The notes beneath the pieces are model-generated. The model was not told the DNA's origin. It saw nothing but the letters and a program-made list of their open reading frames with translations, and made no database searches. 64,000 nucleotides of DNA from Bugula neritina (taxonomy: Eukaryota; Animalia; Bryozoa), in the NCBI GenBank assembly GCA_964035545.1, contig OZ037769.1, positions 10,260,633 to 10,324,632 of the forward strand. Direction: 5' to 3'. This document shows positions 46,101 through 59,892 of this stretch, one piece after another. Position numbers and translations under genes: made by a program. The stretch's first letter is position 1; every line of letters starts with the position of its first letter.

Positions 46101-48749
46101 ATTGTCACTGTGGGTCTCACGGAAACATCAACCTCTCATCAAATCCATTGAGAAGAGTAGCTGGTTGAGAAGAGCCAACGTAAGGCAGTGGCAGATCTAT
46201 GAAGTATAGCAACAGTTCTTTACATTTCTGTCAAATCTATGCATTCCAGTCATTCAGTTTATTTGAGAAGTTTAATGTACTTATAATAACATGCAGAAAC
46301 TCAGTACTCTGCAGAAGATAGACATTGTTGCTGTATGCCACTAGTTTAACTGTCACTACCTTTAGGGTATGTGGTTTATCGTAAACTCTTTTAAGGAACA
46401 TACTCACTCCTCTCAGCTTGGCCACTTTTAGTCACACCATTTTTGCTGGCATTCACCACCGCAGAATATATACATGTTGTTATCTCATAATTTGATATTT
46501 TTAACTACACATGTCTAGTGTTTCTAAGAAATTAAGCATAATAGCTATAACAGGACTAACTGGCACTGCCTTGGGGTATGTTGTTTATGAAACTGAGCTG
46601 TTTGAGCCAATCAGGCATTTCAAAGAAGCAGCTCTTAGTGCCTTTGCATCAACCTTTCTTCTGAATTTTGACTGTCTACAAAATATTTAGTTGTCCAAAT
46701 TATTGTCAAATAAAATAATAAACTTATTGTACAATAACGAGAACAAATGTTCGAAAGCCAGTTTTTACATTTTAACTTAGTTTACAAGTTTGTGATGTCT
46801 TTTTGTGTATAGTCGTTGTTTTAAATATTATATTATAATTTAGTGAAGTTTCTATTTAATCTATGCAAATTCAACAAACTCTTCTACAGTGTCTAAGTAA
46901 TGGACAACATTTGCTTTAATTAATCGAGTCTAGTAATTTTACTGTACAGGAACAAAAATCTTTCTACTTTATTAAAATTGTGTGTCTATTTTATCTGACA
47001 CTACTCTCTTGCATGAGATTGGGTTTAATAATTAAACAGGTATATTAGTTTTCTACAATAACTATGAAATATAAGTCTATAGCAAACTGATGCAACAAGT
47101 ACTTTTGTGAAGTGTCCACTTAAAAGTTGATGTATTTCCATCCTACTATACCAAATAGCTGCTACAGACAAAATAAACTAGTGTGACTTAAGCTCTCCCC
47201 AAATAGTTAAATACACCAGAAAACTTGTTGAATGCAGATATAAAAAACAGAAGCTTTAATCAGCAAAAAAATCATGTAGTTGTATTATAAACTCTATTCT
47301 ATATATACTCTATATAAATACATTATATTACACTTAGGTAATAATATTTAGTTTTAACTGTGTTTTGTACCCAAACATTACAATTAAAAACTGACATATA
47401 CCTGCAGCTTCATTCATCACTGAGAAGTAAAGGAAGGAGATTTTAGATCTCAGTGTGTATCATTCAAACGTGCAATCCGACACATGAATATGTCGATAAT
47501 ACTTCAGTGTCTTGCAAAGAGAAAGATGTTATGACAATGCTATCTACAAGTAATATATAAACAATATTCCACCCGGTCATATAAGTTCTAAATTTAAATA
47601 ACTATTAAAGACCATGCATGACATGCAGGAAATCTACAACAGATAAAATTGATACATAATTATATCAATTTTAGTTAACATGATGAAAAGCTTTTAATAA
47701 AGCCTGAAAATGAGTATGTTGCAAACATAGTACAAATGTATACACTTACAAACAAAAATCCTTTTTCGACAGAAAGTTGAAACATGTCTGAGTCAACTGG
47801 TTTATAGAATGTTATTTATTAATGTTCAGGCAAATATTTCAATATCCTTCAAGCATTTTTGATCCAAGCATTGGCTTCACCTAATCAATAGTGATGTCAT
47901 TACTTTGTGTAGAGATTCTTTTAATAATGCAAAATATGGTAATAATATTTGAGAAATAAATAGCAATAATTTTTTTAACTGGCTAGTTTATCTGATTTTT
48001 TTAATCTAAATGGGCCTTATAATTAAAATTATTTACAACTTTGGTGAAAATGCCAGAGTTATTTATATGTTTAAGTTTATTGAAAGTGAATGTTCAATAT
48101 ATTGTTCAATATACTCTGTATGCTTTGGCAACCATCATCAGTCTATAGAAAGCTTTTTTTTTTTAATAGGCCTTCCCAAAGCATGCATTTATATTGAAAT
48201 ACAATTTTGTAACAGTAATTAGCACGTTTTGCAGTTTTCAACTGACTTTGATTTCATTTGAAACATTTTTTATAAATTTAAAAATATTGCAGGCAATTTG
48301 GTGGGCATGAGCTTGAACAAGTAAAATAAAAAAAAATGTGAATGTGCCAATCTCTTGCAGGCATGTTTGATGCTAAACATTGGCTTCAATTATCTTATAC
48401 TGATGTCACTATTTTGTGTTGAGAGCTAATTAAATAACTCAAGTGCTGTTAACTATTGTGAAACAAATACCAAAAAAAGATAAAAGTGAATGAACAAACA
48501 CATATTTAAATGATATGATCTATAGCTATAGTTTGATTGGAAAAATGTTTCGCTATAATCTAGAAATAAATTGTTACCACTCTGAACATAAAGTTGAGAG
48601 AGCAAAAACTTGTCATAATTTAGGTTATTTGCTATAATTGTACTAGAAATGTATTTTTTTGGGTTTTCATATCCGAAAATTGCAGGAAAATAAGTTATGT
48701 ACATGTTATGTACATTGTAGAGGCTGTATTAGGATTAGGTTTAGAATGT

Positions 48750-49300
48750 CTACTGACAAGAGAATATAACTCCAGGTTACACCTGAACCAACAAATCCAG
48801 CATGCTACTTTGTTGAATTATATTAATTCTTTATGAAACAAAAACAGCAAAGCTTGTATGGAACACCAAGATAACAGAGAGTTCAAGAACAGCAAACCTG
48901 AAGGCATGCATTGTATTAGACCAAAGTGAGGTTGTTTGTTGTCATGGGTTGGTTCAGAGTGTTATGAGCTGTTGACTGAGCTGTATAGTTTACAGGACAT
49001 CACAACTATGTCTTTTGATAAACTGACAGATAGATTACAAACTTATTTCAACGAAGCAAAACACTTGATAGCAGCTAGGTATGAGTTCTACAGCTGCAAG
49101 ATGAAACCAAATCAATATTATTCGGATTGTGCATATGACTTTTGAGAACTCGCTTTAGGTTGTGATTTCTCTTGTGAAAGAGCTGTGGTGAGAGTTATGT
49201 TTATGATCAGATACGTGACATAGTTATCATATCAACAACGTGCTTTAACTTACAGACATCAACTGCTTCAAAATTTATCTTCTTAGAATAGAGAACTCTA
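48750..49300 (+). mobile_element. Ty3/gypsy gag remnant (K02A2.6-like), copy 1
   Basis: LSWVGSECYELLTELYS...SFDKLTDRLQTYF....LIAARYEFYSCKMKPNQ...LALGCDF follows the LLxxIGxExYxLLxxL...L..HF....IAERYxF...Q...LAxxCxF gag pattern. Frameshifted. Confidence 0.7.
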
Positions 49301-52300
49301 TTGCACACCTTGAGAACAGAATCACATGTTTCTTATGAAGTAATTAGAAATGTGTCGTTTATGCTAGAAATGTTGATAAATCACAGATCAGCTGCCAATA
49401 AACATTGCCATGTGTGTCACTAAACTAATGAATCAAAGTCATGACCTCTAGACCTCTAAGAAAAAGTGCAGCCTTTTGCATGACATCAAAATAACTTCTG
49501 TTTAAAATATGCATGTATATGAATTTTGCATCTTCATGCAGTTGCTATGCTGGTTATACTGCAGTTATATCAACATTCACGTTTCTCTGAACTTCTCTTC
49601 TAGCTAAAACATTTATGAATAAATGCAGTTCTTTAATCTTTAAAAGTTAAAAATCTAAATACATTTTTAGGAAATTTGAAAAATCAATATAATGAGCACA
49701 CAACTTTTTGGCCATGTGTAAATTGATCTTACAAACATATCTACATGACATCTTTATATAATCACTAGATGCTAGCTATTTAAATAACTGTTCGTATATA
49801 GAGTTGAAGATTAGCAGCCCATAGGGAGCAACTATAATGTCTTTGTAATATACTATTGTAATAGATGATTTTATGAGATTTATATACAAATATAATCGAA
49901 TATTAGTTATAATATGCAAAGAATTTTGATAATTCAATTGTTTGCCTACAATTTACTCCATAATAGTTTAATTTGTTCTATATAGCAACGACTCTCTTTA
50001 TCTTTACTAGCAAGAATCTGAAGGCAATTCTTTCAAAACAAGTTTATTGCAACCCAAACGATCAATGAGTTAAATATATTACTTTTAGATCTGGGTTAAT
50101 GGTACTATAGATTACTATAGAAAGTAAACTTTATAATGATAAATTGAATTGAACAGCTGATTCAAACTCGGTCATTTATGTTCTTAGTTACACTTCTGGT
50201 AGGAATCTCTCTGTTTCTGTCACTTAACTTGCACCGCTAAGATATAGTATCAAAATATATGTGATTTTCACTTGTTCATTTATAGAAAGCAGATTACAAT
50301 ATATATGTAAATTTGATTTGTTTATTTATAACAAGCTAAAAGACTTTAACTTATAAAAAGTACCTAAACAGTAGCTAAACAATTCACTGTCAGATAATTA
50401 CTGGTTTCTAATGCATGTGTTGTGAAAAGTCGCAAGAATCACTATATTATATGCATAACACATATTCAACATATTCTAGTTACAAATTTGTTTATTAAGT
50501 TTTTTACTTGTTTACTTTTAATAAACTAAAACACTTTAACTTGTAGAATTACATTTGTATAATTCAGCTAAACAATTCTCTGCCAAAGACTTATTCGTAA
50601 TCTGTGTTGAAAATTGGCTCAAAATAAGAATCACTATAAATAACTATGTGGTGAAATTAGCATGAGTTTGCTTATAGCTCTCTTAGCTACATTGAAAACC
50701 TAGAAAGAAAAAATTTCTACAGCACAGCCAGTGCTAACTAAAAAGCATTTGGCAATTGGCAATAGTTGGTGCTAGTGAACTAGTTGACAATTTAAGAGAG
50801 CAAAATTAAACAAGTTATTTATATTAATTATATTGTTGTTTTTTGTGTGAAATACTACTGTTCGTATTTTTCATATATTGTTTATTCAAGGTTATGCTGA
50901 TATTATGTAAGTTTTGAAATGCAGTTGTAGTCTTGCAATATCAATCAGTGCCAAATGGTGTCAAGCAGTTTCAGTAATATAATAAAATACATCAGAGATG
51001 ACTTGTTGCACAAACCAGAGCCTAGTTCACTAAAGAATATGTAACGTATATTCAACATATTATTTTGGATACCCACTTTTTATTTAAAACATAAATAACC
51101 TCAAATAATATATTTGAGATAATGCATAAAGTTACTTCTGAACAATCTCTTGACAAATTAAACAAAGACAGGAAAACCATGCATAAAAGCAGCCACGTAT
51201 AACATATTATAAAAATTATATACTATAATCTGATCAGAAATTGTTTTGTAGATGCCTATGATAATGAGGTTGTGAATACCACAGTGCAGGCTATGGAGAA
51301 GAAACAGCTACATGCACTGGATATTGTGAGAAGAAGGTAGACTGGTGTACTCTCTCAAAATGAGAGATCAACTACACAATATGAGCCATCTCTCCAGAAG
51401 GGGGACACTAGTCTGGAGTCTTCCCACATAATTGGGTAAGTCAATAGTTGTGTTGTTAAGATACCAAGCTGATATAAACATGCTAGCAAAGTGACAGTGT
51501 TGGAATGTATCATGTCACTAACAAACACATGCAATATTGTAGTATGTCACCATGGCCAAATGTTCATGCAGTGTTCCTATTAGTATTCTCACCATAGTCA
51601 CAATATAGTATATCAGAAGAGTATTGAGTTAGTATACTGTCAGTGTGTCAGCTGTGTATCTCAATATTTGTAGAAGTGGTTGAGAAACAACAACCCCTAG
51701 TCCAATCCATCAAATAAGGTAGCCAGCTAAGACAAGCAGATATAAGGCAGTGGCAGACTCATGAAGCACGTATAACAGTATACTTTCATCTTCTTCATAT
51801 CTTGCATTAATGCTTACTCGCAACTTTGTTTTGTTCTATAATCGTGCTTTTACACCTTTGCAGAACTTAAATTATTCCCTTACAGAAGCTCAGTATCATC
51901 AAGAAACTTGGTATTGTTGTTGCTGCCGGACTAGCTGCCATTGCAACAGGGTATGCTGCCTATAAAACACTCTTTTAGGCAACATACTGGCTCAACCCTG
52001 TCTGTAAGATTTTGGTCATCCTGAGAGCAACCACTTCTGTGGGCATCAGGTTTGAAAAGTTTAGCTGAATGATCCCGGGAGGAAAAGCAGTTAAACTGGA
52101 CCATGCAGGCAAATAGTGAAAAAATGTATTTCATAGTGCCGGAGTGAAGGCCACCCACCTATGCCAATGATTATAGTGAGTCAGGCATCAGGTTTAAACA
52201 GTTTAACTGCAGTTTCATCAATCATGCATAGAGTATTTTTAGTGGATTCAGCAACAAACTTCAAAGACAAGATTTGGGCCGTTAACAAAAACAGTTAGTG

Positions 52301-53729
52301 TTCACTTTTCTCAAAGACCAGTTATTATGCAGATATTTCTCTTATGATCTACAGTATATCTTGAAGATAACCATGCCAATGAGGTAGCGAGCACCACAGT
52401 GCAGGCTATGGAGAAGAAACAGCCGCATTTGCTGGATATTATGAGAAGAAGGTAGACTGGTGTACTCTCTCAATATGAGAGATCAGCTACTTCACATGAA
52501 CCATCTCTCCAGAAGGGGGACACTAGTCTGGAGTCTTTGCACAAAAATGGGTAAGTAAATATTTGTGTTGCTAAAATTATAAAATTATAAATTTAAACAA
52601 CTACTAGAGAACATAACATGCAGGAAACCTACAACAGATAAAATTGATGAATAATTATATCAATTTTAGTTAACATGATGCAAAACTTTTAATGAAGCCT
52701 GAAAATGAGTATGTGGGAAGCATAGCAGATATTTACCATATACTTACGAACAAATATACTTCTTCGACAAAAAGTTGAAACATGTTTGAGTCAGCTGGTT
52801 TAAAGAATTATTAATGTTAATGCAAATATTTCAATATTTTAAAACATTTTCTGAGCCAAACATTGGCTTCACCTATTCAATAGTGATGTCATTAATTTGT
52901 GTAAAAAATTTTTAAACAAAGCAAATTAGTATATTAATAATATTTGAAAAATAAGTAACATAAATACCTATAACTGGCTAGTTTATCTTACTTTTTAATC
53001 TAAATGGGCCCTATAATTAAAATTATTTAAAACTTTAGTAAACATGCCAGAGTTATATGTAGAGTTACAAGTAAATATTTAATATAATTGTCCAACATTC
53101 TCTGTATAATGGTATGATTTGACAACCATCATCACCCAATAGAAAGCTTTCTTCTTAAATAGGCCACCCCAAAGCATGCTTTTTATATTAAGATACAATT
53201 TTGTAACAGTAATTAGCAGACTTTGCAGTTTTTAACTAGTGTTGATTTGAAACATGTTTTATTAATTTAAAAATATTGCTGAAATTTGATGGGCTTAAGC
53301 TTGAACAAGTAAAATCAAAAGATGTAAACGTGCCAATCTCTTGCAGACATGTTTATTGTTGAACATCAGTTTTAATACTATCTTATGCTGATGTCACTAT
53401 TTTGTGTTGAGAGCTAATTAAATAACTCAAGTGCTGATAATTATTGTGAAACAAATACTGTAAAGAGATAAAAGTGAATGAACAAACACATATTTAAATG
53501 ATATGATCTAGCTATAATTTGATTGGAAATATGTTTTACTAATTTCGAAATAATGTTACCACGCTGAACATGAAGTTGAGAAAGCAAAACTTGCCATAAT
53601 TTAGGTTATCTGTTATAATTGTACTAGAAATATATTTTTTGGGTTTTCATATCCGAGAATTGCAGGAAAATAAATTATGTAAATGTTATGTACATTGTAG
53701 AGGCTGTAATAGGATTAAGTTGAGAATGT

Positions 53730-54280
53730 CTACTGACAAGAGAATATAACTCCAGGTTACACCTGAACCAACAAATCAAGCATGCCACTTTGTTGAATTG
53801 TGTTAATTCTTTATAATACAAAAACAGCAAAGCTTATATGGAACACCAAGATAACAGAGAGTTCAAGAACAGCGAACCTGAAGACATGCACTGCATTAGA
53901 CCAAAGTGAGCTTGTTTGATGTTATGGGTTGATTCAGAGTGTTATGAGCTATCGACTGAGCTGTATAGTTTACAGGACATCACAACTATGTCTTTTGATA
54001 AACTGACAGATAGATTAAAAACTTATTTCAACGAAGCAAAACACTTGATAGCAGCTAGGTATGAGTTCTACAGCTGCAAAATGAAACCAAATCAATATTA
54101 TTTGGATTGTGCATATGACTTTCGAAGACTCGCTCTAGGTTGTGATTTCTCTTGTGAAAGAGCTGTGGTGAGAGTTATGTTTATGATCAGATACAAGACA
54201 TAGTTATCATATCAACAACGTATTTTAACTTATAGACATCAACTGCTTCAGGGTTTATTTTCTCAGAATAGAGAAATCTA
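53730..54280 (+). mobile_element. Ty3/gypsy gag remnant, copy 2 (duplicated with its flanks)
   Basis: Near-identical to 48750-49300; ORF 53916..54203. Confidence 0.7.
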
Positions 54281-57111
54281 TTTCACACCTTGAGAACAGA
54301 ATCATATGTTTCTTATGAAGTAATTAGAAATTTATCATCCATGCTAGAAATGTTAGGTCATAGATCAGCTGCCAATAAACATTGTCATGTGTGTCACCAA
54401 ACTAATGAATCAAAGTCATGACATAAACCTCTAAAAAAAGTGCAGCATTTTGCATGACATCAAAATAACTTCTGTTAAAAATATGCATGTATATGAATTT
54501 TGCATCTTCATGCAGTTGCTATGCTGGTTATACTGCAGTTTTATCAGCATTCACTAAGACATTGATGACCAAATTTAGTTTTTTAATTTATAAAAGTTGA
54601 AAACCTAAATAAATTTTTAAGAAATTTGAAAAATTTGATATAATGAGCACACAAATTTTTGGCCATGTGTAAATTGATCTGACAAACATATCTACATGAC
54701 GTCTTTATATAATTACTAGATGCTAGCTATATGAATAACTGTTAGTATATACATTAGAGTTGAAGATTAGCAGCCTATAGGGAGCAACTATAATGTCTTT
54801 GTAATGCTATTGTATTAGATGATATCATGAGATTTATATGCAAATATAATCAAATATTAGTTATAATATGTATTGCTTTTTAATGATTTAATTATTTGCC
54901 TATCTACTTCATAATAGTGTAATTTGCTTTATCTTGCAGAATTACATTTGTATAATTCAGCTAAACAATTCTCTGCCAAAGGCTCATTTATAATGAGTTT
55001 TAAAAACTGGCTTAAAATGAAAATCATTATGTATAAATCTAACAGGCATTCAATACTTTTTGGTCACCAACACTTTATTTATACATAAATAACCTCAAAT
55101 AATATATCTGAGACAATACGTAAAAGTTTTTTTTGAAAAAACTCTTGAGGAAAATTGAACAAAACATGAAAAGCATGCATAGAGACAACCATGCATAAAA
55201 TAGTATATAAAAAACCCAATACTAACATTAATCTGATTAAAAATGATTTTGTAGATTCCTATGGTAATGAGGTAGTGAATACCACAGTGCAGGCAATAAA
55301 GAAAAGACACCTGCACTAAAAACTGTTTGAAGAAGGTAAACTGGTGTACCCCCTCAACATGAGAGACCAACTACTCAATATGAACCATCTATCCAGAAGG
55401 GGGACACCAGTCTGGAGTCTTCCCACATAAGTGGGTAAGTCACTAGTTGTGTTGTTGATATACCAAGCTGATAGGAACATGCTAGCAAAGTAACAGTGTT
55501 GGAATGTATCAAGTCACTAACAAATACATTTAATGTTGTAGTATGTCACCATGGCCAAATGTTAATGTAATGTTCTTATTAGTATTCTCACCATGGTCAC
55601 AATATAGTACATCAGAAGAGTATTGAGTTAATATACTGTCAGTGTATCAGCTGTGTATCTCAATGTTTGTAGAAGTGGTTGAGAAACAACAACCCCTAAT
55701 CCAATCCATCTAGCAGGGTAGCCAGCTAAGACAAACAGATATAAGTCAGTGGCAGACCTGAGAGAATATAGCACAACAAAGAAAGTGGGCATAGTTGTCA
55801 CTGTGGGTCTCACGGAAACATCAACTTCTCATCAAATCCACCGAGAAGAGTAGCTGGTTGAGACGAGCCAATGTAAGGCAGTGGCAGATCTATGAAGTAT
55901 AGCAACAGTTCTTTACATTACTGTTAAATCCATGCATTCCAGTCATCTAACTTATTTGAGAAGTTTAGTTTACTTATAATAACATGCAGAAACCTAGCAC
56001 TCTGCAGAAGATAGACATTGTTGCTGCATGCAGCTGGTTTAACTGTCACTTCTTAAGGGTATGTTGCTTATGAAAAGATCTACTAAACAGGAAATCTCAG
56101 CTGTTTCAGCAAATTAGGCATTTAAGTTTATTTCCTTACGGAATCTTAGTACCATCAAAAAACTTGGTATATTGCTGTTGCTGCCGGACTAGCTGGCACT
56201 GCAAAAGGGTATGCTGCTTATAAAGCACTATTTTAAGCAACATACTGGCTCAACCCAGCTTGTATGATCTTGGTCATCCTAAAAGCAACAACTTCCGTGA
56301 GCATCAGGTTTGAAGATTTTAGCTTAATGATCCAAGTTGTAAGAGAAGACAACCAGTCAGACTGAACCATCCAGGTCAATAGGGAAGAAATTTATCTTGT
56401 AGTGCCGGACTGAAGGCCACCCACAGACATTGATTACTATATTAAGTAGATTTTATTACATGTTATGACTCCAGATTGTAGTAAAATTAAAGACTGTTTT
56501 AATTAATTGACTAAATATATCTGAATTGTAGATAATTGTCATAGCCCATGCATACGTATTTATTTCATCAGGTTTAGCGAGTTTAACTGCAGTGTCTTAA
56601 TGCATCTTTTTTATTGGAATCTGCAGCAAAATTATTTAATAAATACATTAACCTCTCATCAATTAATCCTTCGAGAAGAGTAGCTGGTTAAGACGTGCCA
56701 ATGTAAGGCAGTGGCAGATCTATGAAGTATAGCAACAGTTCTTTACATTTCTGTTAAATCCATGCACTCCAGTCATCCAATTTATTTGAGAAGTTTAGTT
56801 TACTTATAATAACATGCAGAAACTCAGCACTCTGCAAAAGAGACTTTGTTGTTGCATACACCTGGTTTAACTGTGACTACCTTAGGGTATGTCGCTTATG
56901 AAAAGATCTATCAAACAGGAAATATCAGCAGTTTCAGCCAATCAGGTATGTAAAAGCATCCTATTTCAGCATGTCTAGGGCAGCTTCTCTTCTGGGTTTT
57001 GACTGCCTACAAAACGTTTAGTTGTCAAAATTATCATGAAATAGATACTACCAAATTCCTTGGCTGGTGATCACCCAACTGCATACAATACCTCTACATC
57101 AGCACGAAGGC

Positions 57112-57227
<116 letters not shown>

Positions 57228-59892
57228 CCTATATATATAGACTAACCTTTCGTCAGCCTCACAAGTTTATTAGTGGACCTGGCTTAATTTAGTGGATTTT
57301 AACTTTTTACTCATCTCTTTACTTATGTAACATTTTTAATATTATGATTTTGCCTCTTGATTTATCATTCAGCATACAAGTATACAATAAATATTGGATT
57401 GTATCATACTCGGACTGTTGCTTTGAATAAATAGATAACATCCTATGCTTTAATCTTAACCCACACACACATTGTGGTCTACCTACATCAATTCACAGCA
57501 ATATCACATTCTAGTAAATTGCTATATGTAATCTATGCGAGTTTACCAAATCATATACAGTGTGTATAAGTACTGGATGGTATTTGCTTTAAGTTATTGC
57601 TTCTAGAAGTTTTGCCAAAGAAAATAAAAAAAAAAGTTTCACTTTTTCAAACTTTTTCATGTTTTGTTTCAAACTGTTCTCGAAATGAAATAAACTTTAA
57701 TAATTAAACAGGTATATAGTAATTCTCATAACTATCAAATGTGAAGTCTAAAGCAAACTGGTACAACATATTTTGTAAAGTTTCCATTTACAAGTTAATG
57801 TATTTCCATCTTATACTATAACAAATAGCTGCTACAGATAAGATAATCTACTGTGATTTAAGTTCTCCTCAAATAGTTAAATACCCCAGAAAACTTGTTG
57901 AATTCATTTAATTTTTTTTTCAAAATATCAAGGGGTAGAAAAGCAGATGCTTTTATATTAAGAAAATAAGTATGTTACAGTGGTAAGTGTATATACAATA
58001 GGATATCAAAATTGACTTGGGTGCAATAAAGTACTAATATATTATATATATTGTCTAACTGTGCTTTGTACTAAACTTTCACAAGAGCAGACATACCTGC
58101 AACTTCATTCATCACTAAAGAGCAAAGTAAGGAGACTATAGATATCTGAGTATCATTCAAACATGTAAACCTGCACACTAATATTGTTAAAATACTTCAG
58201 TGTCTTGCATAAAGATGTTACGACAATGCTATCTGTAAAATAATATATAAACAATATTCTATACTACTATACAAAATTCTAGAATTCTACATAGAGAATA
58301 TCACATACAGTGCATAACATTGATATATATCTTATTTCTTCATTGTGACTGAATTTGCAAGCTACATAAAACTTACAAGGCGTTAAATTGACAAACTTCG
58401 ACATAATCTCCCGTTAACAGAGTTTTTAACAGAGCCTGAAACTTACTGTGTAACAACTATAGTAAAAATTTTTCAGCAAATAGTTGAAGTATTTTTGAGT
58501 CAAATATAGTCTATAAATTGACTATTAAAGTTCATGGAAATGTTTCAATATCATTCAAGCTATTTTTGATTCAAACTTTTTTTTACTCATTCAATAGTGA
58601 TGTCATTACTTAGTGAAGAAAAAATTTTTTTTAATAATTCAAAATATGGTAATAATATGTAGGAAATAAATAGCATAAGTAACTTTAATTGGCTGGTCTA
58701 CTTTATTTTTCAAACTAAAGGAACCTGATACCACAAAATTATATTAAAACTGCTGAACACGCCTGAGGTATATGTCTAAGCATATCTACATGCTAAGCTT
58801 AAACATCTATGGACATGAAGATTTAGGATTTAATATTTAATATCATATTGATTATTTTATATAGAGAATTTTTATTCATATATATATTCTTACCTATAAT
58901 CTTTACTAACTCTTCACTTGTTAGTTGTTACCATGTAAACTCATTAAAATGCATGCTTTTAGTCTGATTTCACAACTATTGCTATATGGAATGAAGTAAT
59001 TTGTATTTGACACAAAGTGTCACCATTGACAGTAAACAATGTCACCTGAAAATGAGATGCCTGTCCTTAACTAAGTAGTTTAGTGCTATTAATATAGTGC
59101 CCCCTAGCATAATATTTCCAATACGATTAAACTTAAATTACTCACACCATTAACTTACTATAAATTCTTATTTTTAGTTATAAGAAAAACTCAGCTGATA
59201 ATTGCTACAAGGTTGCTATCACAGAATGCCCAGCTGCAGAGTTCTTTTGGCAGTGTTTATAAAACAAGCTTTCCCAGCTGCCTGCAAACGTAATGTGTAT
59301 TATACATACCAGAAGTCTTATCTACCAAGTTGCCAAAAGGAGAAAAGCGATGGTGTATAGAAGCTGCTATAATCTCCCAGACATTGTATATTTAATTGAA
59401 TTTTTTGTAAATAATTCAAGGTTCTTTTAAAAGAATGCAAAAAACATTCTTGTTGAATATTTTCAAAATTTAACTATATTTGAATAAATATAATTTTTAA
59501 TTTCTATGCACTCAAAAAAGTTTCAATGCACTAAATATGTTTTGTCTCATTGGTAATATTGGATAAAAGCGATAGGCTACATAGGCTTAACAGTAATTAT
59601 TCTGATAATGCTTGTCTTATTTAAAAAAAGCATATGACGAAACAGCTAGCATATTATGATTTTGACAAGTTTTAAGCAGGACCAAACTGTATATTGGGGT
59701 GTTTCCCATGCAAAGCATAATTTTAGGCAAAAACTATCATTGTACAGGATAAAAGATCTCAAGTCGATACACACCCCTAGTCTATATTAGGGAAGAATTA
59801 GCCGAGAAGAATCTTCATCTTTAAAAGATTAGACAGTTGTATTACACAGATATCTATGTATATAAAAACTATTATCTCAAAATTTTATAATA

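Larger units (their letters stand above)
43719..56950 (+). pseudogene. Cluster of decayed exon modules (E1, E2, E3) of an unrecognised gene ending in a C-terminal transmembrane anchor
   Basis: E1: 43719-43898, 44723-44906, 45687-45878, 51252-51435, 52355-52550, 55255-55434 (AG...G|GTAAGT in five of six). E2, e.g. 45002-45093, reads EVVEKQQPLVQSIEQGSQLRQADIRQCQTYE|GTAAGT. E3, e.g. 45208-45300 and 51886-51978, reads KLSxIKKLGIVVAxGLAAxATGYAAYKxLF*. Every E1 has an in-frame stop and several splice sites are mutated. Confidence 0.6.

Noticed and set aside
47022-47046. GGTTTAATAATTAAACAG|GTAT resembling a nematode SL1 spliced-leader gene
   Set aside because: The paralog near 57695 lacks the GG start, and no Sm site or stem-loops follow.
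44421-56236. Three different stop codons at the same E3 position as evidence of selection
   Set aside because: TAG and TGA are both single transitions from TAA, so this is expected without selection. I relied on synonymous changes instead.
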